Under the pieces are notes generated by a model, which was not told the origin of the DNA, ran no database searches, and was given only the letters and a program-made list of their open reading frames with translations. The translations under genes and the position numbers were made by a program. This document shows, piece after piece, positions 39,331-50,063 of a DNA stretch of 64,000 bases (positions are counted from its first letter, which is position 1; each line of letters opens with the position of its first letter). Origin of the DNA: Geopsychrobacteraceae bacterium (GTDB lineage Bacteria > Desulfobacterota > Desulfuromonadia > Desulfuromonadales > Geopsychrobacteraceae); NCBI GenBank assembly GCA_963662315.1, contig OY759353.1, positions 896,001 through 960,000 on the forward strand. The letters are read 5' to 3'.

Positions 39331-40863
39331 ATGACGCAGCCATTTACAAACTACACAGAACTCTGCGAGCATATAGAGCGGGACATCCGATTGCCGACAC
39401 CACCCGTTATCGCATTAAAGATTCTTGAAACGATTCAAGACAACCAGGATTGCATGACAAAACTGGTGCAGATCATTTCAGCAGACCTCGCCCTAACTGC
39501 CAAAATGCTACGCCTGGCAAACTCCAGCTTTTATTCTCTGAAGAGAAAAGTGACCAGTATTGAACGTGCCGTATCGGTGCTAGGTACGAATCTGATCAAA
39601 AACATCGCCCTATCCTTTGTGCTCGCCAGCGATTTGCGCGAAGACCTCCAGGTCGGCAGTTTCGATTATGATTATTTCTGGAGACGTTCCGTCACTTCAG
39701 CAGTAACAGCAAACCTGTTGTGTCAGTTGCTGGGATATAAGGACGAGGATATCTTTGTTACGGCACTGCTTCACGACATTGGTATTTTAATTGCTTATCA
39801 GACTCACCGTGATACATACACAGCGCTGCTGCAACAGGCCCGTGAGGAAAAAATTGATCTCATCTGGCTGGAAAAGCAGAAATTCGGTTTTGATCACCAA
39901 CAAATTGCCTTCACTCTGCTGCGCAAATGGAACCTCCCGGATGATTTTGCCTGGTCCATTGTTTACCATCACACCCCGAGTCTTGCACCTCAGATAGTGC
40001 GCAACCGAACGTCGGTTATTAATATTGCCGACAAAATTGCAGCAATCTACACAACAGCTGGAAACTCGGATCAAATTCCTGAGATCAAGCATCAGCTGTG
40101 CGAAAATTTTCAGTTACGCCCTCATATCATCACCACATTTCTTGATGAAGCTGCCTTGAAAAGCATTGAGATTCTTGACTCTTTTGAAATACCTGATGGA
40201 GGGATGAAACCCTATTCCCAACTGCTTCAGGAAGCGAATGAGGAGTTGGGCCGGCTGAATGTTTCTTATGAGCAACTGGTCCTTGAACTGAAAGAGGCGA
40301 AAGAGAAGTCCGAGCAGCTCACCGAGCAGCTCAGAACTGCCAATATCCGGTTAAACACGCTGGTATTCACCGATGGGTTAACGGGCCTGTATAATCATCG
40401 CTATTTTCAGCAGGCCCTGGCGAATGCTCTGGCACAATCCAGTCAGGAGCACTCGCCGCTATCATTAATTCTTTTTGATCTTGACCACTTTAAAAATATC
40501 AATGACACTTATGGACACCCAGTCGGTGACCAGGTGCTCAATAACCTTGCAATAAGCGTTAGGGACATTATCAGACCAAATGATGTTCTGGCCAGGTATG
40601 GAGGGGAAGAGTTTGCCATTATTCTGCCATATACTGACTTTTCAGGTGTTAAAATATTTGCAGAACGACTTAGACTCTGTGTTGAAAATACGGTAACTAG
40701 GCATGAGAGGGGAAATATCAGGGGCACTATAAGTATCGGGGCGACATCATATCAACCATGGGAACAAAAGATTTCTCAGGATTTACTGATAAAAACTGCT
40801 GATCGCGGCCTGTATATGTCAAAACATAATGGACGCAATACCGTCACCGCGCTATTGCCCTGA
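39331..40863 (+). CDS. HDOD-GGDEF diguanylate cyclase
   Basis: LPTPP, LRLANS, LLHDIG, coiled coil, DGLTGLYN, RPND I-site, GGEEF. Confidence 0.92.
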   Translation: MTQPFTNYTELCEHIERDIRLPTPPVIALKILETIQDNQDCMTKLVQIISADLALTAKMLRLANSSFYSLKRKVTSIERAVSVLGTNLIKNIALSFVLASDLREDLQVGSFDYDYFWRRSVTSAVTANLLCQLLGYKDEDIFVTALLHDIGILIAYQTHRDTYTALLQQAREEKIDLIWLEKQKFGFDHQQIAFTLLRKWNLPDDFAWSIVYHHTPSLAPQIVRNRTSVINIADKIAAIYTTAGNSDQIPEIKHQLCENFQLRPHIITTFLDEAALKSIEILDSFEIPDGGMKPYSQLLQEANEELGRLNVSYEQLVLELKEAKEKSEQLTEQLRTANIRLNTLVFTDGLTGLYNHRYFQQALANALAQSSQEHSPLSLILFDLDHFKNINDTYGHPVGDQVLNNLAISVRDIIRPNDVLARYGGEEFAIILPYTDFSGVKIFAERLRLCVENTVTRHERGNIRGTISIGATSYQPWEQKISQDLLIKTADRGLYMSKHNGRNTVTALLP

Positions 40864-40952
40864 GTTAAAACTGACAAGCCCCTGTGTTGACCCTGTTGCT
40901 GAAAAGAGTCAACATCTAACCGCGTATGAAAGATTACAGGAATTGACACCCT

Positions 40953-42491
40953 ATGCAGTCAAATGAAAATTATCAGAAGATAATGGACCTTATCAGTTCC
41001 GATCTTAAACTGCCCTCCCCTCCGGCCGTTGCTGTCAGAATCCTTAACGCCGTTCAGAGCAACGAATCGGCTTTAAAAGATATCGCCGACATTATCAGTT
41101 CCGACCCTGTTTTAAGCGCCAAAATGCTGCGTATAGCCAACTCCGGCTATTACACCCGAGGCGGACCAATCAGCAATATTCAGCGCGCCATGACAATCCT
41201 TGGCACCAATGTTATCAAGAATATTGCGTTATCTTTTGTCATTACCGGTTCGTTTAATGAACAGGACGATTCACCCTTCGATTTCAATCTATTCTGGAAG
41301 CGCTGCATCATCAGTGCCGTTGCCACCGACCAGTTAGCCGTCAAAATCGGTATCAAAAACGATGATCTATTCATTACGGCATTGCTGCAGGATATCGGCA
41401 GCCTGATTATTGCCTTAACCAAACCGGAAGACTATTCACGAGTGTTTAACGAATGTGAAATTTTCGATAAAGAACTTGAAGACGCTGAACGCAGTACCTT
41501 TGACTATACTCACAGCCAGGTCACGTATGCCCTGCTGCAGCATTGGCAGCTGCCCGAAGAGATCACAATACCGACGCTGTTTCACCACAACCCTCAAAGT
41601 GCGACTAAAGATATTTCCTCGATTGCCACACTCCTTAATTATGGTTCTCGTTTCGGCAAGTTGTTCACTGCGGAAGAAATTGCCTATAACACCAGAGTCT
41701 TAAGTGAAGAGATCCGACAGACTTACCAGTTGCAGGAGGCTGAAGTCAGTGAACTTGTTGATGCTATAGCTCTGGCCTCAAAAACCATGCTCGAGTCTTT
41801 TGAAATAGCGCCAGGAGATATTAAACCATTCTCCCACATCCTGCAGGAGGCTAACGAGCAACTCTCGGCAATCAATCTTAATCAGGCGCAATTGATGCTG
41901 GAAATGCAGGAAGCCAAGCTGAAAGCTGAGCGCTTAAGTAATGAGCTTCAGGACGCTAATGCCCGCCTTAGAGAACTGGTTTATCGTGATGGATTGACAG
42001 GCTTATATAACCATCGTTTTTTTCAAGAGTCCTTGAGTCATGAGCTGCTTCGGGCCAACCGCTACAAAACATCGGTATCACTTATTTTGTTCGATATAGA
42101 TCACTTTAAAAAAGTGAATGACAGCTACGGACACCAGGCTGGTGACCTGGTGTTGATGAACATAGCGCGGGCGGTCTCTTCCAGTATTCGCCCCACGGAT
42201 ATCATAGCCCGTTATGGTGGTGAAGAATTTGCTGTTATCTTGCCGGAAACCAATGCCGCCGGAGCTAAAGTTTTTGCCGCCCGTTTACGCCGCTGTGTAG
42301 AAGGTATTGCGACTCTGACCAAGGGACAATTGATTTATGTTACAGTCAGTGCGGGGACAACAACCTTTACACCAGAGAGCCATACAAGCGACAAGGACCA
42401 AATTATCACCATCGCTGACAAAGGGCTCTATATTTCAAAACAGAATGGCCGCAACCAGGTTACGGCGCTAACGCTTGAGGAACATCATTGA
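40953..42491 (+). CDS. HDOD-GGDEF diguanylate cyclase (paralog of upstream gene)
   Basis: LPSPP, LRIANS, LLQDIG, DGLTGLYN, RPTD I-site, GGEEF. Confidence 0.92.
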   Translation: MQSNENYQKIMDLISSDLKLPSPPAVAVRILNAVQSNESALKDIADIISSDPVLSAKMLRIANSGYYTRGGPISNIQRAMTILGTNVIKNIALSFVITGSFNEQDDSPFDFNLFWKRCIISAVATDQLAVKIGIKNDDLFITALLQDIGSLIIALTKPEDYSRVFNECEIFDKELEDAERSTFDYTHSQVTYALLQHWQLPEEITIPTLFHHNPQSATKDISSIATLLNYGSRFGKLFTAEEIAYNTRVLSEEIRQTYQLQEAEVSELVDAIALASKTMLESFEIAPGDIKPFSHILQEANEQLSAINLNQAQLMLEMQEAKLKAERLSNELQDANARLRELVYRDGLTGLYNHRFFQESLSHELLRANRYKTSVSLILFDIDHFKKVNDSYGHQAGDLVLMNIARAVSSSIRPTDIIARYGGEEFAVILPETNAAGAKVFAARLRRCVEGIATLTKGQLIYVTVSAGTTTFTPESHTSDKDQIITIADKGLYISKQNGRNQVTALTLEEHH

Positions 42492-42579
42492 GTATTATTT
42501 TAATGAATTCGACTGGATAGTCTTGCATCCACATGATATTTTAAAAGTATCTGTTTAAACAGGGAGCTTTCTAGATATC

Positions 42580-43713
42580 ATGTCGGATAACAAGTACCCA
42601 GAATATCAGCACACGATCAATGGCCATGAGTTCCTTCTGAAAATTCAAGGAACCTGGCACGTTCAGCAACCTGTCCCCCAACTTCAGAATATTTTCTCAA
42701 ACCTTGCTTCAGCGTCTGTCAAGACCTTGACGTTTGATTGTTCCCTGCTGCAAAACTGGGATAGCAGCCTGATTATTTTTCTTCGTAAAATTTTCGAATA
42801 TTGCCAGGCCCATCACATCAATATTGATCCGTCTCAGTTGCCTGACGGAGCTCGCAGCCTGTTGAGGCTCGCCGCAACAGTTCCAGAGCGCAAAGAGATG
42901 CGACGCGCGATACTTGGCCAACCCGTGCTGGCCAAGATCGGTAACATCACGATTGAGGCCCATCGGGACTGGAACGATCTGCTACGCTTTATCGGCGATG
43001 TTTTTTTTGCCGTTAGCGCTTTTATCCGAGGCAAAGCCAGGTACCGTTCTTCAGATCTTTTTTACCAGCTAGAGGCCGCCGGTCCGTCAGCACTGGTCAT
43101 TGTGACTCTGATCAGCACTCTGGTTGGTATGATTCTCGCTTTTGTCGGCGCAGTGCAACTACGTCTGTTTGGTGCTGAAATATTCATTGCCAATCTGGTT
43201 GGATTGGGCATGGCCCGAGAAATGGGTGCTATGATGACCGCCATCATTATGGCCGGACGCACCGGTGCCGCATTTGCGGCCCAGCTCGGAACCATGCAGG
43301 TTAATGAAGAAATCGACGCATTTACAACCATGGCGATTTCCCCGGTCGAATTTCTGGTTCTGCCCCGCTTACTGGCACTGTGCATCACCATGCCACTATT
43401 GTGTATCTATGCTGATTTTATGGGTATTATTGGCGGCGCCATTGTCAGCGCCACCATGCTTGACATTTCTTTTTATCAATATTTTCAACAAATACAAGGC
43501 TTTGTCCCTCTTAAACATTTCATCATCGGCATTTTTAAAGCGGGAGTATTCGGTATCATTATAGCGACGGCCGGCTGTCTACGTGGGCTGCAATGTGGAC
43601 GTAGCGCCTCTGCCGTTGGCTTTGCCGCCACCAATGCGGTAGTGACCTCGATCGTTCTTATCATTGTCGCCGATGCGATTATTACTGTGTTATGCCAGCT
43701 TCTGGGATTCTGA
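42580..43713 (+). CDS. MlaE-family ABC permease with N-terminal STAS-like domain
   Basis: REMGAMMTAIIMAGRTGAAFAAQLGTMQVNEEIDA, LVLPR, VGFAATNAVV. Confidence 0.9.
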   Translation: MSDNKYPEYQHTINGHEFLLKIQGTWHVQQPVPQLQNIFSNLASASVKTLTFDCSLLQNWDSSLIIFLRKIFEYCQAHHINIDPSQLPDGARSLLRLAATVPERKEMRRAILGQPVLAKIGNITIEAHRDWNDLLRFIGDVFFAVSAFIRGKARYRSSDLFYQLEAAGPSALVIVTLISTLVGMILAFVGAVQLRLFGAEIFIANLVGLGMAREMGAMMTAIIMAGRTGAAFAAQLGTMQVNEEIDAFTTMAISPVEFLVLPRLLALCITMPLLCIYADFMGIIGGAIVSATMLDISFYQYFQQIQGFVPLKHFIIGIFKAGVFGIIIATAGCLRGLQCGRSASAVGFAATNAVVTSIVLIIVADAIITVLCQLLGF

Positions 43714-43714
43714 C

Positions 43715-44503
43715 ATGAGCCAAAGTATGCACATATCCGTTGACAACCTGACCATGGCTTACGACGATACAATTATTCAAAAAGACATCAGCTTTGGAGT
43801 CAAGGCGGGTGAAATATTTATCATCATGGGTGGTAGTGGCTGCGGTAAAAGCACTTTGCTTCGCCACCTGATCGGTCTCAAAGAACCCGCTAAAGGCCGT
43901 GTTGTTATCAATAATGTCAACATCTGGTCCGCCTCTCCAAAAGAGCGCGATAAGATTATCAGCCGCAACGGCGTGTTGTTTCAAAGTGGGGCTCTTTGGA
44001 GTTCCATGACCTTAGCAGAAAATGTGGCATTACCACTGCAGGAATATACCGGGCTGAATGAACGTCAGATTGATGAATTGGTCAGCTATAAACTGGCACT
44101 CGTCGGTCTGGCAGGCTACGAAGACTACTACCCTTCAGAAATCAGTGGTGGCATGCGCAAACGTGCCGGGCTGGCACGGGCCATGGCTCTTGATCCTGAC
44201 ATTCTGTTTTTTGATGAACCCTCTGCCGGGCTCGATCCTGTCAGTTCACGCCTGCTTGATGACCTGATTCTGGAGCTTCGCAACAGTCTCGGCGCAACAA
44301 TCGTCATTGTGACACATGAACTGGCCAGTATTTTCAGCATTGCCGATAACTCTGTATTTCTGGATCCGGAAACAAAAACCATGATTGCCCAAGGGAATCC
44401 GAACGAGCTGCTGAAAACATCAAAGGATCCTAAAGTCATCAATTTTTTAACCCGTATGAAAACTGATCACCCCAGTCACCACAACAGTTTTATCAGGAAT
44501 TGA
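43715..44503 (+). CDS. MlaF-like ABC ATPase
   Basis: GGSGCGKST, ISGGMRKR, FFDEPSAGLDP, VTHE. Start trimmed to ATG 43715. Confidence 0.92.
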   Translation: MSQSMHISVDNLTMAYDDTIIQKDISFGVKAGEIFIIMGGSGCGKSTLLRHLIGLKEPAKGRVVINNVNIWSASPKERDKIISRNGVLFQSGALWSSMTLAENVALPLQEYTGLNERQIDELVSYKLALVGLAGYEDYYPSEISGGMRKRAGLARAMALDPDILFFDEPSAGLDPVSSRLLDDLILELRNSLGATIVIVTHELASIFSIADNSVFLDPETKTMIAQGNPNELLKTSKDPKVINFLTRMKTDHPSHHNSFIRN

Positions 44504-44505
44504 CT

Positions 44506-45594
44506 ATGTATAGACGCAGAATCGATCCAAGAGTCATCGGCAGTTTCGTCGTTGGGGCAATCATACTTACGGTGGCCGGCCTGCTGTTTTTTGGCCCAGG
44601 TGGTTTTCTATCAGAAACGCGCAAGTATATTGTTCATTTCGACACCTCGGTGAAAGGTTTGAACGTAGGCTCTCCAGTTCGTTTCAGAGGAGTTAAGATC
44701 GGACAGGTAAAAGACATCAATGTCAGAATCAGTCCAACCAACTACGCCTTTCATATTCCCGTAACCATTGAAATTCAACCATCTCGCATCAACGCTGACG
44801 GGTCCGGCGCCGGTTTGTTTGAAGCCCTGAAAACCTCAGTGAAAAGTGATGACCCGATTCGCACACTGGTCGACAACGGCTTGCGTGCCCAACTGCTGAT
44901 GGACAGCCTGGTGACAGGGCAACTGTTCATCAATTTTGACATGCTTCCGGACACACCCATCATTCTCACCGGTTATCCGGGTGAATACCCGGAGCTGCCA
45001 ACTGCCAGCTCGAGCCTGGAGGAATTAACCAAAGCCTTTGAAGATCTACCTTTGGGTGAGTTGACAGACAAGGTCATTTCCACCATGGATGGTATTGAAA
45101 AATTGGTCAATTCACCCAAGCTGCACAAGACCCTGGACAATTTTGAACAATCGACCAACGAACTGAATCGACTGCTAAAACAACTTAGCAATGACATTCC
45201 GTCAACCCTGGCTGCACTTAGAAAAACAACAGAACAAGCCGAAAAAACTATTCAGCACATCGATAACAGAATCGGGCCACTGGCTGAACAGATTCAGGAA
45301 ACCATGGCAACAACCCAGACAATGGTTGGCAACCTGAATACAAGGATAGATCCACTGGCAGAACAATTTAATGCCAGCATGATCTCCTTTGACCAGGCCT
45401 CTAAGCGTACTGCTGAAACCATGGAGCAGGTTAAAAATCTGACCTCGGACGATTCCAGGACTTTAGCCCAGTTAAGTCAGACGTTGCTCGAATTAAAAAA
45501 TACAGCGCGCAGTATTCGCATCCTGGCAGATGAGTTGAACAGCGATCCACAAATGCTATTACGTGGCCGCTCCAACGGAGGTAAAGAACAATGA
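44506..45594 (+). CDS. MlaD/MCE family protein with long helical region
   Basis: IGSFVVGA TM, SVKGLNVGSPVRFRGVKIGQV, GLRAQL, heptad-rich C-terminus. Confidence 0.9.
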   Translation: MYRRRIDPRVIGSFVVGAIILTVAGLLFFGPGGFLSETRKYIVHFDTSVKGLNVGSPVRFRGVKIGQVKDINVRISPTNYAFHIPVTIEIQPSRINADGSGAGLFEALKTSVKSDDPIRTLVDNGLRAQLLMDSLVTGQLFINFDMLPDTPIILTGYPGEYPELPTASSSLEELTKAFEDLPLGELTDKVISTMDGIEKLVNSPKLHKTLDNFEQSTNELNRLLKQLSNDIPSTLAALRKTTEQAEKTIQHIDNRIGPLAEQIQETMATTQTMVGNLNTRIDPLAEQFNASMISFDQASKRTAETMEQVKNLTSDDSRTLAQLSQTLLELKNTARSIRILADELNSDPQMLLRGRSNGGKEQ

Positions 45595-46172
45595 AATATA
45601 TTATTTTACTTACTCTGCTTGCTTTAAGCAGTTGCATTCAGATTGGCGATAAACCTCAGCCCCAGAATCACTATCTTCTTGAGCCAGAAATCAGTGCTAA
45701 CAGCGGCCTAGTCAATACTCAAAATGAATTTACGATTAACCTTGAACCCATTGATTTAGCACTCTTTCTTGACAAACCATATATTGCGTTTCATGACCAG
45801 GCAAACCATATCAGTTATCAGCAGACCGAACGCTGGGCGGAACCCCTTGCCAGCAACATCAGCAGGGTCATACGCAACAATCTGATCCGTTCCTTCCACG
45901 GGACAACTGTCACTTTAGGCCCCTGGGAAAAAAGTCAAGCTCCCCTCCTGACGGTGAAAATTGTCATTGATGATTTTTCCAGCAACATGGACAACTCGGT
46001 CAGCATGACTGCCCTCTATCACATGAGCTGGAGCGGTAAATCATTAAACAGGCAATACAATCAGCTGCTGCCTGCGGGAGCCAGTACAGCCGAACAGGTC
46101 AAAGCACTTAACACAAATCTTAATCAGTTCTGCTCGATGCTGGCTGATGATATCAGGCGGCTGACCAACTGA
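45591..46172 (+). CDS. PqiC-family lipoprotein (ABC auxiliary component)
   Basis: Lipobox LSSC, HYLL, FLDKPYI, RWAEPL; follows the MCE gene. Confidence 0.8.
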   Translation: MKYIILLTLLALSSCIQIGDKPQPQNHYLLEPEISANSGLVNTQNEFTINLEPIDLALFLDKPYIAFHDQANHISYQQTERWAEPLASNISRVIRNNLIRSFHGTTVTLGPWEKSQAPLLTVKIVIDDFSSNMDNSVSMTALYHMSWSGKSLNRQYNQLLPAGASTAEQVKALNTNLNQFCSMLADDIRRLTN

Positions 46173-46247
46173 AACACCCACACAGAACCAGAACGCGACA
46201 GAAACGATAAGCCGCCCTCTTTGTACAAGCCAACACCATGCTTGGTC

Positions 46248-46565
46248 CTATTTTTTATTAAAAGGTGGACAATCTGGCAGGACCGGGGCTTTGTAAGCCG
46301 GAATATCTCGAACATAAGGACAATCCTGAGGAAGAATGCCGGCAGCGACAATTTCAGGCGTCAGTTGAGCACAATCAGGGTGAATCTGTGACCTGTTGGC
46401 ATAATTTTTACACAGCCTGGTTTGAGTATTCAGATGAGGACAGGGTGTAGCGGTATAAAAGATCCGCCCGCGGTAATCATATTTTTCATAACAGCACAAA
46501 CCACACCGCTCACAGATAGCTTCCCATTCAGCAGACCCGGAGACAGGATTAATCGATTTTTTCAT
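46248..46565 (-). CDS. YkgJ/YcgN-family cysteine cluster protein (second copy)
   Basis: WEAICERCGLCCYEK, CPHL, CKNYANR, DCAQLT, LPQDCPY. Confidence 0.85.
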   Translation of the reverse strand: MKKSINPVSGSAEWEAICERCGLCCYEKYDYRGRIFYTATPCPHLNTQTRLCKNYANRSQIHPDCAQLTPEIVAAGILPQDCPYVRDIPAYKAPVLPDCPPFNKK

Positions 46566-46688
46566 AGTTAACAATTTCTATAAGTTTCAGTTTATTCCAA
46601 GTTAACATATTCTGACCAAAGGGCAAAGTATGACGAATATCAACGATTCAAGCAAGCAGGTATATATTTTAAACAGAGGGGAAGAGGC

Positions 46689-46716
46689 TTGACACCAGCC
46701 TGAAAGACTTTAAAAT
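46689..46716 (+). promoter_or_regulatory. Putative sigma70 promoter for the PxxKW gene
   Basis: TTGACA-16 nt-TAAAAT. Confidence 0.5.
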
Positions 46717-46818
46717 AAACTCCCCGACAAAAAACCATTGACTCAAAAAATCAAATTGGCTATTACTAGGCGTTCTGAATTTGACCCAGGCGTAAAAAGG
46801 CTAGGAGGAATACCAAAG

Positions 46819-47112
46819 ATGCAGTGCGAAACAGTTCTCCCCGGTACCGAGTGTACTTTCTGGAAAAAAGATGGTTGTTCAGCTGAAGGTGGTAGCTGCC
46901 AGTTGATCGTTGAAGAATGCAAAGGTTGTGACCGTGTTGCAACAGGAACTATCGGTGAGGTTTGTACCTCTTATCCGAACCCTGCCGCAAAATGGATCAG
47001 CGGCCTGTGCAACTTTGCAACGCACAAGAAGGTTGACATCAAGTCTAATGATGTTCGTGTCAACCCGCTTAAAGCTGCAAAACGTGCCGCCGCTGGCAAG
47101 AAAAAGAAATAA
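46819..47112 (+). CDS. PxxKW-family cysteine-rich protein
   Basis: MQCETVLPGTECTFW...C..C..CKGC...CTSYPNPAAKW...CNFATH, Lys-rich tail; AGGAGG RBS before ATG 46819. Confidence 0.85.
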   Translation: MQCETVLPGTECTFWKKDGCSAEGGSCQLIVEECKGCDRVATGTIGEVCTSYPNPAAKWISGLCNFATHKKVDIKSNDVRVNPLKAAKRAAAGKKKK

Positions 47113-47135
47113 TCATTTTTGTGAATGTTTCTCTG

Positions 47136-47170
47136 AGAAAAGGCTGTCCATCCGGACAGCCTTTTCTTTT
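47136..47170. terminator. Intrinsic terminator (likely bidirectional)
   Basis: AGAAAAGGCTGTCC-ATCC-GGACAGCCTTTTCT followed by TTT. Confidence 0.85.
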
Positions 47171-47206
47171 ATCGGAAAGGTTCTGATTTCTACTCACCTC
47201 CTGCCC

Positions 47207-49165
47207 TCAGGCAGAAACAGTTTTATTCATCAGATCATCCTTTTTTATCTTGCCGCCAATCAGTGCAACAATATCACCTGCCAAAAAGATAAAATCAGCA
47301 TCCGGATTGGCAATAAATCCTCCATTTCGCAACACCCCGACAATCGTCAGACCGGTCCTCTGGCGTATATTCAGACTGCGAATACTCTGCCCGACAAGCA
47401 CACCATCAACACCAACGTCTTCCCAAGTAAGATCGAGAACATCTCTGGCGAATTTCAAGTGCTGGAGCGTATGTAACGCGCTATTTTCGCATTCATCGCG
47501 CTGATAACGCTCACGACGGTCGGAATCTGTGAATTGCTGCACCATTGTCACTGGGATGTCCAGATTCAGCAAAGCCTGTCTGGCAAACTCAAGGCCGACC
47601 TCAAGGTCAGGTAAAATGACCATGGCCACACCATCCTCGTAGAGGGCCTGCATTTGCGCTTCTCCGGCTGCTCTTACGACCGCAGGCAAGCCAGGGTTGG
47701 TCCGCTGTATAAAACGGACGATAAATTCAGCTGTGGTGATATCAGGAATAGTTATCAGCAATTGTCTGGCACTTCCAAGATTGGCCGCTTCGAGAACCAC
47801 ATCCTGGGACGCGTCGCCAAAAATTGCAGGATAGCCCTTCAACCGACACTGTTCAATCGCGCGATAGGATAGATCTATAATGACAAAGGCAACAGACAGG
47901 CGACTCAAAATGCTCGCTATATATTGACCTACCTGCCCGCCTCCGGCGATAACAATATGATTGTTCAACCCATATTCAGGCAGATTAATGGTCTGCAATG
48001 TCTCCTTTTTCAGCAACTTCTTTTTGATGCCATACAAGGGCGCCGTCAACCCGGAAAGCAGTGGCGTCAGAACCATGCTTATGATTGCGGCAGCCAGAAT
48101 ATAATAATATTGTTCGCTGGTCAGAAACTGTCCGGAAAAACCGACCTGACCAAGGACAAACGAAAATTCACCAATCTGAAACATGGTCAAGCCAACAGCC
48201 AGAGGAATGACATTCCCATAGCCGAAGGCCCTGACAATCGCCATCAGCAGCAATGCTTTACCAACTGCAAGCAACACAATCAACTGAGCTATTTGTGACC
48301 AGTTGGTAATAAGAAACACAGGGTCAAGAAGCATTCCGACCGAGGTAAAAAACAGCAGACCGAAGAGATCCCGCAAAGGGATGATATCACTGAGAGCCTG
48401 ATGCCCGTAATCAGACTCACTGAGCACCATACCGGCTATAAAAGCCCCAAAGGCGAACGATAAGCCTGCAAGATAGGTCACATAACCGACCCCAAGACCG
48501 ATTGTCGTAATTGAAAGCAGAAACAGTTCTCTGGAATTCCAGCGTGCAATAACAGCCAACATACGCGGCAGAACCCGTGTACCACCGACCAGCATAACAA
48601 CCAGAAAAATAACAGACTTTAGTAATGCAACAGCCAGCAGTGACCCACTTGGTGTCGCTCCGGTCAGCTGAGGTAACAGAATCAATAACGGCACAACGGC
48701 CAGATCCTGCACAATGAGAATTCCTACCATAACACGGCTTGACAAGGTGCCAAGCATCCCCTGCGCCATCAACGTCTTAAGAATCACCATGGTACTTGAT
48801 AAGGAGGCAATACCGCCCAACCATAAGGCAGCACCATGTCCCCACCCGAGCCAGCCGCCAATAAGGTAGCCATACCCCATGGTCAGAAGCATCTGAATCG
48901 GCGTACCGATAAGTGCGATATACTTGACCGGATTGAGTTCTTTCAGGGAAAATTCCAGGCCAAGGGCAAACAGCAGCAGTGCGACACCAATTTCGGCCAG
49001 CTTTTCCACCTCATGCGGGTCAGATACCGCACCGCCACTAAAGGGGCCAATAAGAACTCCGGCCAGAATATAGCCAAGGATCAGGGGCTGCCGAAACAGC
49101 TGCGCCAGCAGGCCGCCCAGCAAGGCAGCAACAACGATAATGATCAGATCAGCGGCAATTCCCAT
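47207..49165 (-). CDS. CPA2 cation:proton antiporter with TrkA-N and TrkA-C domains (KefB/YbaL-like)
   Basis: [57 protein letters not shown]. Confidence 0.9.
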   Translation of the reverse strand: MGIAADLIIIVVAALLGGLLAQLFRQPLILGYILAGVLIGPFSGGAVSDPHEVEKLAEIGVALLLFALGLEFSLKELNPVKYIALIGTPIQMLLTMGYGYLIGGWLGWGHGAALWLGGIASLSSTMVILKTLMAQGMLGTLSSRVMVGILIVQDLAVVPLLILLPQLTGATPSGSLLAVALLKSVIFLVVMLVGGTRVLPRMLAVIARWNSRELFLLSITTIGLGVGYVTYLAGLSFAFGAFIAGMVLSESDYGHQALSDIIPLRDLFGLLFFTSVGMLLDPVFLITNWSQIAQLIVLLAVGKALLLMAIVRAFGYGNVIPLAVGLTMFQIGEFSFVLGQVGFSGQFLTSEQYYYILAAAIISMVLTPLLSGLTAPLYGIKKKLLKKETLQTINLPEYGLNNHIVIAGGGQVGQYIASILSRLSVAFVIIDLSYRAIEQCRLKGYPAIFGDASQDVVLEAANLGSARQLLITIPDITTAEFIVRFIQRTNPGLPAVVRAAGEAQMQALYEDGVAMVILPDLEVGLEFARQALLNLDIPVTMVQQFTDSDRRERYQRDECENSALHTLQHLKFARDVLDLTWEDVGVDGVLVGQSIRSLNIRQRTGLTIVGVLRNGGFIANPDADFIFLAGDIVALIGGKIKKDDLMNKTVSA

Positions 49166-49183
49166 AGACTGTCTCTTTATCCG

Positions 49184-50035
49184 TCAGGCTCGCAGGCCAT
49201 GCCCACGACCCAGCATCTCTGCGGCGTCCATAACCACCATGAATGCATCCGGATCATGAGCCCGGATAATGTCTCGTAAGACCGTAATGCGTCGCGCTTC
49301 AACAGTCACAAAAATCATGGTTTTGTCTTCCCCTTTGGCCAATCCGGTCCCCTTGACGACAGTACCGTGGGGACCTAACTGCTGAACTATTTTCTCTCCA
49401 AGCAACTCAACCTGGCCGGAGGTTATATGCACAACCTTCTCTGACAAGGCACCGGTCAGAAGCATATCAACACACTTGGCTGTTACATAAATACTGATAA
49501 GACTCCAAAGAGCCCTTTCCGTATCATGAAAAACCACTCCTGCAGAAACAATGATAACGACATCACAAGCCAGAATAAACTGTCCCGCTTTCATGTTTGT
49601 ACGTGCGGCCACCATCCGTGCAATGGTCGAGGTTCCCCCTGCAGAAGCATTCCCCCTGAGCATTAAGCCGATCCCGACGCCAATAGCTATACCACCGTAC
49701 AATGTGGCCAGAAGCGTTTCATGGCTGAGGGGTTCAAGGGTTAGATAAACACGAAACAGATCAACAAAAAAAGAACTAAGAGCTATAGAGAATACGGAAC
49801 GCAAGGCAAACGCAGTGCCGAGCATACTCCAGCCGCATAACAAAATCGGCATATTGATGGCAAGCATCAACATGCCGATTGTCATCCCGCTAAGATAGCT
49901 GAGGAGAATCGCCATACCGGCAGTCCCCCCCGTCGTTATACGGTTCGGAGCTAGAAATAGCACAATACCAAGAGCCATAACTGCAGCCCCCAGGGTATAG
50001 TAACAGGCATTGCGAACTTCAGTTTGAATTTTCAT
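49184..50035 (-). CDS. YitT family membrane protein
   Basis: TGGTAG, NMPIL, SAGGT, C-terminal HDPDAFMVV. Confidence 0.88.
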   Translation of the reverse strand: MKIQTEVRNACYYTLGAAVMALGIVLFLAPNRITTGGTAGMAILLSYLSGMTIGMLMLAINMPILLCGWSMLGTAFALRSVFSIALSSFFVDLFRVYLTLEPLSHETLLATLYGGIAIGVGIGLMLRGNASAGGTSTIARMVAARTNMKAGQFILACDVVIIVSAGVVFHDTERALWSLISIYVTAKCVDMLLTGALSEKVVHITSGQVELLGEKIVQQLGPHGTVVKGTGLAKGEDKTMIFVTVEARRITVLRDIIRAHDPDAFMVVMDAAEMLGRGHGLRA

Positions 50036-50063
50036 AGCAGCATCATTGTCGTTGGATAATCAT

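Noticed and set aside
37427..42491. Hypr-GGDEF (3',3'-cGAMP synthase, GacA-type) activity, plausible in Geobacter relatives
   Set aside because: All three GGDEF domains keep the canonical Asp (GHEIGD, GHPVGD, GHQAGD) rather than the Hypr Ser/Thr, so ordinary c-di-GMP synthesis is expected.
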